Virus record (IMG/VR): IMGVR_UViG_3300032327_000488
Coordinates: 1 to 55,441 of that record
Length of the DNA: 55,441 bases
Reading direction: 5' to 3' (one strand)
From: a virus
Taxonomy: Duplodnaviria; Caudoviricetes
Shown here piece by piece: positions 18,138-27,100 of this stretch. A model generated the notes under the pieces. The model was given only the letters and a program-made list of their open reading frames with translations. It did not search any database and was not told the origin of the DNA. The first letter of the stretch is position 1. Each line of letters begins with the position of its first letter. The position numbers were made by a program, and so were the translations under genes.

Positions 18138-20918
18138 TTACGGGATGCGGATACCCCCACTGAACCCGACAGTGAGCAGAGATCCCGGCGAAGCCACCCC
18201 AGTATTAGCAGCATTGTAGGCAACGGTTGCAGCGTCGCTGTCCCACACGTTCCCAGATGTCGTGAACATGACGGCACTTTTGTACCTGATTTGGTACGAC
18301 GACGACACCGGAATCTCATGCCCGTCGTGAGCGACTCGGTTATTGGTGATAGTTCCTACCACGTTGTCGTCACCGACCCAGTTGTACGGCGCGTCGGTGT
18401 TGAGCGCATTTGCTTGAAAACAAGCAGCTCCACCGCTCATCCAGTTCTTGTCTACCGTCAGGTTTTTGACTGCCGAGTTGTTAGGGGCAACGGTCACACA
18501 CGCACCATATTGAAGATCGGCGTATCCCGCCGCAGCCATAACACCGATACGAGCGCCCGTCATTTTTGAGTTCATGCTGTTGCCTTGAATCAAAGTTCCT
18601 GACCCGCCAAAAACCGAAACTCCGTCGTTGTGGCTCCACCAGGCGGGCGAAGAACTGCGCTGGTCGTAGTCGTTATCAAACAAGATTGAGTCATGAAGAT
18701 AGTTACCCGTAATGGTCGCGGCCCCGTTACGAACTGAAATCATGTCCCCGCAGTTAGCAATGTTGCAGCGGTTGACGGTTGTTCCATCTTGCGCGTAAAC
18801 CCCGTAGCACCACCACGAAGGATAGTCTGGAATCAACGTACACCTGTCAACCAACAACCCATTTGTAGGTACTGAGGTGTCAGAGTAGATAAGGCTCCGC
18901 ACGCTGAAGGACGAGATAGTGGGTATCGCTCGCGCGTAGGCACCATCAGCAGCGGGGCTACCTGACGGGGTGGCCGGGAGAGTCAAACTACCGACGACAA
19001 ATCCGTCGCCCGTGTCCCGACCCCGGACTTTGCAGTTGCGAATGGTGACGTTGGTGTGTTTAACAACAATGAAACCAAAGACTTCTTTATTTTCAATGAT
19101 TTGTCCGTTAGCTGTGGTCGTTATGTCACCTATCACGGTGGTCAGCGCGGTGCCTACGGGAACTCCCGTGTTGAGGGCGCTGGGGCGAGTGTAGCCAAGA
19201 ATAAAGGTTGGTTCGCTCCCATCGCCAATTACTAAAGGAACGGTCATAGGCACCGTAAAATTCAAAGGGGACAGAAACTCTGGGGTGGGGGAGATGTTTG
19301 CAATCGGCGGTGAAACACTGTAATTGATACTCACAGTGCCAAATTGGTAAGGCCGAGAATACGTTTTAGTTGTTGAACTATACGTTCGTGGTCCGGTAGG
19401 TCGCCCTAAACGAATGTGGTAGTCGTCCACAGGCCACCACTGTGAATAGCCTCCGCGTGCTGGACTGGACTGGTAGCCGCTCGACGTGTACCGGGTGAAG
19501 ATGTCATTGCGACTGGGCTGAACAAGCAGGTTGACTGCGGTAATAAAGAGAGAAGCGTTGGTGTTTGTAGGGCTTTGGTCCCACGGCACTGTTGAGGCAG
19601 GTGTACCGACATCGGCAGATTGGCCCACGCAGATAATCCCAAGGCCCGCCGCTGAAAGCGTGTCTATGTGAGTAAGTGACAGGTCAAAATTGGCTTGACT
19701 GAGGTAGTTGACGCCGGGGTTTGAGTATGTGGTCGGCCAGTCCTCTAGCATCACCCCGTCCAAACCGTTAGCGCGGTAAGACAAGATGACCGCTTCGTAA
19801 GCGGCGCGGTTCGTGGAACTTGTCCACGAAGTCGGGTAAGCGTTACCCCACAGTTGGCCGTTGGGAAAAGTGCTCATGAGGTTGGTCGTAAGCCACCCGA
19901 CAAGTTGCACATGAGCCGAGTTCCATTGCGTTGACGTCCACGCCGTCCCTGCGGTATCACCAACACCGGATGTCACAACGTATGGGGTGGGGTACACGCC
20001 GCTGGGTGTGTAAGAAGTTAATTTTGAGGCGTTGGTGTGCAGGTTGTCGAGGAAGATTCCGTCGTAAAGGTTCGTCGGCGCCGCTCCGGTAGTCACCGAG
20101 TTGCGGAACGCCGTGTACCGGGCAAGCGTCCAATCGCGAAACTCGGTGCTTGTGGGGTCCGCAAGGATGGTGTGCTGGCCGTCACCAATGCCCGAGCGAA
20201 TACGGCACCGCAGGATTGCACCGCTTGGGATGGACGTGAGGGTGGGCAGTGTCCACGCTGCGCTCGTTTGCGGGTTCGTTGCCCCAACACCGCTCAAAGT
20301 GGCCGGGTTGTACCCGATTGACCCGTAGCCACTTGTTGGGATAGCGATAGTCCCTGCACCCGTAGTAGCAGATCGCCCATCGGCGGCGGTCGAGTAGCCA
20401 TGGACAACACCGAGGTATGTGGCCCCAGTTGAGTCCCACACGTCGATGATCGCTCGTCCACCGGTTCCGTACTGTTGAATTTTTGACAAATCCGCTACAG
20501 AAACTATTGCCGCGCCCGATGATGCGGTAGCGGTTGCCGTAGTGGAGGCGAGGTGCAGCCACGCGCGGGGGGTGTACTCAATGGCCGTGCGCCACGGAAT
20601 GCTTGACATGCACCACCCGTTACGGAACGGGGCCGCGGTTTTGAATGTTCCGTCGGAGTTGACTTCAAAATAACCGATTTCGGTAAAAAGGAAATAGTGC
20701 AAGTTCAACGGCACGGGGTTCGCGTCGCGGCAGATTTTTAGTGCTGCTTCATCCTGATATGTCCACACGTTCAACCCTGACAGTGCGATTTGTTCCGAGT
20801 ACGTGGAGATGTCCGCTGTCAGACTTGTTGTGGAATCCAGTGCGACTCTCCGGTTGTACCAGAACGCAGTCCGCACCGAAGGCAATTCGTGACCTACACG
20901 GGGGTTACTGACCGCCAT
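18138..20918 (-). CDS. Virion-associated glycoside-hydrolase-like (TIM-barrel) plus right-handed beta-helix protein
   Basis: DGIFLDN and DGVMLED acidic motifs, LGRPTGP...YSRPYQFGTVSIN; C-terminal half with NVTIRNC/ITGNYLHD/HNDG beta-helix motifs. Confidence 0.6.
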   Translation of the reverse strand: MAVSNPRVGHELPSVRTAFWYNRRVALDSTTSLTADISTYSEQIALSGLNVWTYQDEAALKICRDANPVPLNLHYFLFTEIGYFEVNSDGTFKTAAPFRNGWCMSSIPWRTAIEYTPRAWLHLASTTATATASSGAAIVSVADLSKIQQYGTGGRAIIDVWDSTGATYLGVVHGYSTAADGRSATTGAGTIAIPTSGYGSIGYNPATLSGVGATNPQTSAAWTLPTLTSIPSGAILRCRIRSGIGDGQHTILADPTSTEFRDWTLARYTAFRNSVTTGAAPTNLYDGIFLDNLHTNASKLTSYTPSGVYPTPYVVTSGVGDTAGTAWTSTQWNSAHVQLVGWLTTNLMSTFPNGQLWGNAYPTSWTSSTNRAAYEAVILSYRANGLDGVMLEDWPTTYSNPGVNYLSQANFDLSLTHIDTLSAAGLGIICVGQSADVGTPASTVPWDQSPTNTNASLFITAVNLLVQPSRNDIFTRYTSSGYQSSPARGGYSQWWPVDDYHIRLGRPTGPRTYSSTTKTYSRPYQFGTVSINYSVSPPIANISPTPEFLSPLNFTVPMTVPLVIGDGSEPTFILGYTRPSALNTGVPVGTALTTVIGDITTTANGQIIENKEVFGFIVVKHTNVTIRNCKVRGRDTGDGFVVGSLTLPATPSGSPAADGAYARAIPTISSFSVRSLIYSDTSVPTNGLLVDRCTLIPDYPSWWCYGVYAQDGTTVNRCNIANCGDMISVRNGAATITGNYLHDSILFDNDYDQRSSSPAWWSHNDGVSVFGGSGTLIQGNSMNSKMTGARIGVMAAAGYADLQYGACVTVAPNNSAVKNLTVDKNWMSGGAACFQANALNTDAPYNWVGDDNVVGTITNNRVAHDGHEIPVSSSYQIRYKSAVMFTTSGNVWDSDAATVAYNAANTGVASPGSLLTVGFSGGIRIP

Positions 20919-23900
20919 TACACACCCGAGTCGGCGGAGTTGTAGAGACCAACATAGAAAAGCGTGTCGTAGTTGGTTACCGTAGCGGCGGTCAGGGTTG
21001 TCGGGAGATCGGTCTGCGCCGCCAAAACGCCTGACATACGTGGTGAGTACGACATCAGCAATGATCTGGCAGTGGAGTTCGGGCCGGACCCTTGATAGCG
21101 CATCACGTCAGGAGCGGTCGCACTTGTTGCCCCGTTGACGTTGTAGATGATGCCGATGGCGTACCGCGCTCCGTACAAAAGGTCGTACGAGGCGGGATAG
21201 CCGCCTGTCGTGTCAAGAGCGTCTTCCTGAACAGCGTTAGTAGTTGTCCAACGGAGCCCTTGAGATGTGCGGGCGACAAGGGTTAGGTCACCATTCGCAG
21301 CGACGGTGTACAGGCCAAGGCGTGTTTGGTGCGGTCCACCAGTCCCCGCCGCGTAAGCCGTGGTACCCGAGAAAGTTCGGAAACGGTTGATTGTCTTATT
21401 GATGTTACTCGTGAAATAAGTGAATCGCACATCTGCGGTGGTACCCGACGAGGGCCACGATGTTTGGCCGTTGAACGAGTACCTGTCGATAGTTTCGGCG
21501 CGGTTAGCCGACTCGTGGCCAGCACGAATAACGGTTCTATCGGTACCCCCGGGTCCATGGAGTGCGGCGTGCAGGAAGTCATCCGGAACTGGGACAAACG
21601 AGTTGTTCAGACGCAGCAGTTGCCCTGCAACTCCACCGAGGGTTGCGGGGGAAGTGGCCACGCGACCAGTGCCGACGAGGGTCGTGATAGGTACTGCTGG
21701 CGCACCGTCTTTGGAGAAATGTCCAAGTTCAACCGCGCCATTGTTGACATAAATGTCGGTCGGCGTTGTTGAGCCGCTCGACCACAGTGACAAGTTGCCA
21801 ATTTGGACGGTGGCGTTTTCTACGCGAACTGAACCGGGGAAGGCACTATCAAACTGCGCCACAGATCGCAGGCTCATCGAGTTAACTTGAACGACACCGC
21901 GAATGTCGTGGAACCATACGCCGTAGTCCGCTCCAAGGTAGCCGGATGCCGGAGAGGGTGCAGGGCCGGGCGAATCGAAGTGCGGGCCGCGCCAGCGCAC
22001 GCCGTCCGAGTAGTACGAGCGGATACCAGAAAGGTCGGTTGCGTCAGAGACAGTGGCCCAGCGACGTGTGTTGGCTGCTGCAAGAGCGCTCGTTAGGGAC
22101 GCTCTAGTGGCGAACGGTGAACCAGTGACAAGCGTGGTGTTGTCAACAATTGTCTGGTAGGAACTTCCATCCCATCGAGATACAACACCAGTATCTGTCT
22201 TTTCATACAGCCAACCACGCAAAGAAGTTTGTTGAGCGGCAGTAAGCGTCGGCGGTACGGCGGTACCGAACGATGCGGGGGAGATTCCGAGGGACTGTCG
22301 AGTGTTGTGTTCACCTAGTCCGTTGACAAGGAAGTTGAGAACAAGACCGTCGCCGTAACCAGTTACCTCAATGGGCCTACCGGGACCGGGAGTAATGTAC
22401 ATAAAGTCAACAGTGGATTCAGCAAAACCATCAATTTTGACAATGGATTGATCTGAAGGAATACCCTGAAACCAAGTGTCAATGTAAATGTGCTCAAGGA
22501 AGTTGTCAGACCCACCAAAATGAACAAGTCCTTCATTGGATGGGGTGAGTCGCGTGCCTGCCGTGTTGTAAGAAAAACCATTGTTAAAGTAACACTGAGT
22601 CATACGTGAGCGGCCAGCAAGGAACTTGGTCTGGGTAAACCACTTCCACGCACAGCGGCTGAAAATGGAGTCCTTGAATGTCGCCGCACTACCGGGGAAC
22701 ATGAACGCTCGAGCGACCGTCGTGGTGGCGTTCTCCGACGACCAGAAACCAACGTCCTCACAAAACACGCCCTGCACATTGCCGTTTGCGCCAAAGCCGG
22801 CAAAATAGTGACTGCCAAAAACCTGCAACTCGCACGGGGTAGCTTCACCGCGCATCGGGACAATGCCCTTGACCGTAGTACCGGACTGCATGGGCAGGCT
22901 GCGAGCAACCGTATATGTCGCCCCGTGAGCTTTACCGGCCTCCCACGCCGTGCCAGCAGTACGCGCGGCCAGCGTCAACACAAGGCCCGCGTACGACGTG
23001 ACCGTCACAACCTCACTGACACCCGAAGTCGTGTTTGGCTCAAGAATGATCTTGAACGGACCAGCGGCAGGCAAACCCGCAGTCGAAGCAACCGTGATCG
23101 TCGCGCCCGCGGCAGAAGAAGCAGCCAGCGTTCCGCTCGTTGCCGTCGTGTTGAACGCTGCACTGACCTGGAACCGCCCAATCGGGACGATAAGCGTCGC
23201 GTTCTGAGCCTTTGCGTCGAGAAACGCCTGAAACCACGCCGTCATCGCCACCGTCGAGTCAGCGGAGTCGTAGCCTGCGTACGAGGAAGCCGACAGGTAG
23301 GTTACCGCAGTCGCAGCGGTGTTGGCTGTGTTGGCGGTACTCAAAGCAGTCGTGGCGGTACTCAAAGCAGTAGCGGCGTTAGTAACAGCAGTGTTAGCGG
23401 TCGCCTGTGCAGCGTTAGCCGCAGCCAAAGCAGCAGCCGCATCACCGCCACCACCGCTACCGCTACCCGTACCCGCAATAACCTGCACACCCACAACAGG
23501 AGCAGAACCAGTACCCGCGAACCCAACAACCTCAACCGGATCCCGCAACAACTGAATCTGAACCTGCACCATACTCGAATGCAGCAAAGGCTTCGACGAA
23601 GACAACGTATAATCACTCGAATAACACGTCCACGTCGTCTTCCAGTTATCCACCGACGCAATAAACGTAAACGTCGGCTGCTCCAACGCATCCGTAATCA
23701 ACTTCACCGCAGCCCGCGTCACATACTGCGAATCACTCTTCACATACACATTCACCTGCTCCGTGATATTCCCACGAAGCGAAGACACCACATACTCACC
23801 CTCAATAAACGGATTCGTAGCAGTCTTACGACGATGCTGCGTCGCCTGATTCTCAAAAGAACCATCCGCAACACGATACGTCGAATCATCATTCAACTCG

Positions 23901-24157
23901 AGCAAAGACGACAACGTACCAACAGCGCCCTGCGCAACCATAGAAGCCGACGTAATCGTCAACGTATTCACCGTAGGAACAGACACAATGTTCCACAAAC
24001 CATTATTAGCCGCAGTACCACCAGCAATAAGAACCTGCTGGCCCACAATCAACCCATGCGAAGGAACCGTCACCGTCGCAGTACCAGCAGACACCGTGAC
24101 ACTAGTAATACTGATCGTCTTCGTAGTGATCTTCGCAGAAACAACCTTATCGGCCAT
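20918..24157 (-). CDS. Distal-tail-like N-domain fused to a coiled coil and a pectate-lyase-like spike domain
   Basis: Directly follows the tape measure; Ala-rich stalk AAQATANTA; DST.A...FQA..D...LIVPIGRF beta-helix entry motif. Confidence 0.65.
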   Translation of the reverse strand: MADKVVSAKITTKTISITSVTVSAGTATVTVPSHGLIVGQQVLIAGGTAANNGLWNIVSVPTVNTLTITSASMVAQGAVGTLSSLLELNDDSTYRVADGSFENQATQHRRKTATNPFIEGEYVVSSLRGNITEQVNVYVKSDSQYVTRAAVKLITDALEQPTFTFIASVDNWKTTWTCYSSDYTLSSSKPLLHSSMVQVQIQLLRDPVEVVGFAGTGSAPVVGVQVIAGTGSGSGGGGDAAAALAAANAAQATANTAVTNAATALSTATTALSTANTANTAATAVTYLSASSYAGYDSADSTVAMTAWFQAFLDAKAQNATLIVPIGRFQVSAAFNTTATSGTLAASSAAGATITVASTAGLPAAGPFKIILEPNTTSGVSEVVTVTSYAGLVLTLAARTAGTAWEAGKAHGATYTVARSLPMQSGTTVKGIVPMRGEATPCELQVFGSHYFAGFGANGNVQGVFCEDVGFWSSENATTTVARAFMFPGSAATFKDSIFSRCAWKWFTQTKFLAGRSRMTQCYFNNGFSYNTAGTRLTPSNEGLVHFGGSDNFLEHIYIDTWFQGIPSDQSIVKIDGFAESTVDFMYITPGPGRPIEVTGYGDGLVLNFLVNGLGEHNTRQSLGISPASFGTAVPPTLTAAQQTSLRGWLYEKTDTGVVSRWDGSSYQTIVDNTTLVTGSPFATRASLTSALAAANTRRWATVSDATDLSGIRSYYSDGVRWRGPHFDSPGPAPSPASGYLGADYGVWFHDIRGVVQVNSMSLRSVAQFDSAFPGSVRVENATVQIGNLSLWSSGSTTPTDIYVNNGAVELGHFSKDGAPAVPITTLVGTGRVATSPATLGGVAGQLLRLNNSFVPVPDDFLHAALHGPGGTDRTVIRAGHESANRAETIDRYSFNGQTSWPSSGTTADVRFTYFTSNINKTINRFRTFSGTTAYAAGTGGPHQTRLGLYTVAANGDLTLVARTSQGLRWTTTNAVQEDALDTTGGYPASYDLLYGARYAIGIIYNVNGATSATAPDVMRYQGSGPNSTARSLLMSYSPRMSGVLAAQTDLPTTLTAATVTNYDTLFYVGLYNSADSGV

Positions 24158-27100
24158 CAGAAACTAGTCTCCTTCGCGGCACTACCAGGCGACACCAAAC
24201 GAGCATGCGCCACCTTCTTACGCAACTCATCCACCATCTTATTCGGATCATTCGCCTTCACACTGATATTGCCAGTGAACTGAGTCCGATTGTCATAGTG
24301 ATACGTGTTGTTATTCGTCACCGGAGAAGAATAATGAGCCGTCCGCGCCGCATGAATCTCACCACTCGGAACACTACGAAGCATCGGCTTCTTACCCTTA
24401 GACTTCGACCCGCCACCAAGCTTCTTACGCAAATCAGCAGTAGCAACGTGATGATTCTTCTCAAGGCTTTTCTTCTTACGCTCAGCCTCAAGCTGCTTCA
24501 ACATCGCGTCCATCTTCTTCTTAGCATCCGCGCGCTCACGCTCAATCTGCTCCTTTGCGCGCTTAGCATCCGAAGCCATCTGATCCTTCATGCGCTTAAA
24601 ATCATCCTCCATCCGCAGCTGCTTCCGGCGTTCATCAGCAGACGGAGCACCAGCCGCGGGACCCATCAAACGCGCAATCGTATCCGCCATGAAACTACTA
24701 CCCGTAGAGTTCAGCGGAATAACAGCCTCAGGACCGGCCTCACCAATAATCGCCTCTTGAGCGCCCAACGCAATAACACCTTGGGCGTGACGGCCACGAT
24801 CAGCAGGAGGAGGCGCAGGAGGAGTAGGCTTGTTGTCCTGCCCGCGCTGATTACCGCCGTGCTCCCCGCCTCCAGCATCACTCGGAGACTTGCCACTAAA
24901 AATGTCAGAAGACAAACCATACGGAGACAAATACGTATCAAGGAACGACTTCAAATCACCAGAAGCAGAAGACCAAATCGTTCGCAGATTCTCCGAAAAC
25001 TTCCCACGAATCGACAAAGGCATAGCCGCAATAGAGTTAGTGAACTGCTTCACGACACCCTCAACACCGCCACCAACCTCGTCACCCATACGAACCAAAT
25101 CTTCCTGCGCCCGAGTACGCGACTTCTTAAGATCCTCGTCCATCTGAGTCAACGTCAACAAATACTGACGCTTCGCGCGCGCCAAAGTCTTCTTATAGTC
25201 AGTCTCGCCACGCGCCATTGACTTCACGAAATCAGTAAAACTACGGCCCATAGACTTCTGAAAATCAGTAGCACCACGCGCAAGAGACTTCTGAAAATCA
25301 ACAGCGCCATCACGCATCGACGTAGCAAAATCAGCACGAGCATTCTTCTGAGACGTAGCAAAATCCGCACTAGAATCTTTCAAGCCCTGCTGAAAATCCT
25401 CAGTCATGTGACGGAAATCTTTACCCTGCTCAACAAGACCCTGAGTCGCATCCGCACGCTGAGTCGCAGCGCCATTCAATCCAGCAACAACCGAAGGATC
25501 ACTCTGAGCGTCCTGCAAAATACGCTCCAGCTGCTGCGCGTTACTCGCATCAGACAACTTCAACTGGTCGATAACAGCCTGACTCAAACCAAGCTTCTTT
25601 GCCTTCGCAATATTCTCAGTTTGTTTCAAAAGAGCAGCATTCTGCTCCTTCAAGTTCGTCAACAGTGACCGCGCATCCCACACCTGCTGCGCCTGAATCC
25701 GCTTATACGGGTCATAAATGGAAGCCGCCTGATCTTCCATCATCCGACGAACACTCTTGTTGAAATCACGGATAGAACGAAGCCGCTGCTTATTGAACTC
25801 TTCTTGGCTGCGAGCCGCGTTCTTATTAAAGTCACGCTCAGCACGTTCACGCGACGTACGATTATCTTCCTCCGCGCGAGCAACACCCAGATTGTAGTCA
25901 TCAGTAGCACGCTTCTTAGACGTGTTGAAATCTTCCGACGCACGCGCGCGACCCAGCGTGTAATCCTCTTTAGCGTCACTCTTAGACGTATTAAAGCTTT
26001 GAGCCATACGCCGTTTGTTAGTGGCAACGTCCTCATCGGAACGCTTCAACTGCAAATTCAAATCCTTGTAGGCTTGAACAAACGCCCGCATAAAAGAAAG
26101 ACGCTCGCCAAACGCAGCCTGCTCACCAGCAATAGTCTTCTGCCGGTCCTGCTCATCCGCCTGCGTATCGTAAGGGCCCTGCGCTTGCGCCTGACGGCCC
26201 GCCAACATCGCGGCACCCGTGCGCTGACTCATCGTCTGCGCGCTCTGCTGAACCTGCTGAGTGCTCTGCAAACCCGCAATAGCAGTATTAATCGCCGTAC
26301 GACGCAAAGACGTCATAGACTCACCACTACGCTGCGCCTGCAACGCAAGAATCCCCTGATTCACGTCACCAGAACGACTAACAGCACTCTGCGCAAGCGA
26401 CGTACCCGCTACCTGCAAATTCTTAGGAGTCGCATCCTTCAAATAAGTAGCAACAGCAGAAGCACCATAAGACGCCCGACCGCCCGTCCGCGCCGCCCGA
26501 CCAACACCATACAAAGACTCAACAAGGTCACCACCACTTTTAGTGATGCCCTTCGTGATCTTATCGAACTGGTCCTGCAATTTTTGAGCAGACTTCTCCG
26601 CTTCGGGCGTACTAGCTATCTTGAAATAGTCCGGCTTATCAAGGTCATAAGGCTTGATACCGGGGCCTTGCGGTGTCAACGCAGTAAACGCCTTCGACAA
26701 AGGACTTTCCTTGTTTTGACGCATCAACGCGCCAAAATCTTTACTATCAAAATTGACATCACGCGAGTCAACACCAAGCTGGCGACCAAGAATGTCTTGA
26801 GCGGCTTGCCGACCCTTATCGTCAGGTTTTAGTGCGGCAGCCTTGTCGTAAACTTTCTTCAAATCAGAAAGCTGCGACAGCGTACCAGCGCCCTCACCAT
26901 ACTGATCAGATTTCGTTACAGAGTTACGGGTAATCGTAGCTTGAATACCAGCAATAATGTCTTCAGTGCCCTGCGTAGCGGTTGCTCGCATACCGTATTT
27001 TTGGACACCTACAGTATCTTCTCCTCCCATCCTTTCTTTTATAAATTCGCCTAAAGCGCCAAAATTTCCGTCCTTAACGTCGCTAACCATCTTGCCAGCG

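Noticed and set aside
25100-26050. 33-nt periodicity in the tape measure gene
   Set aside because: Ordinary 11-aa tape measure repeats
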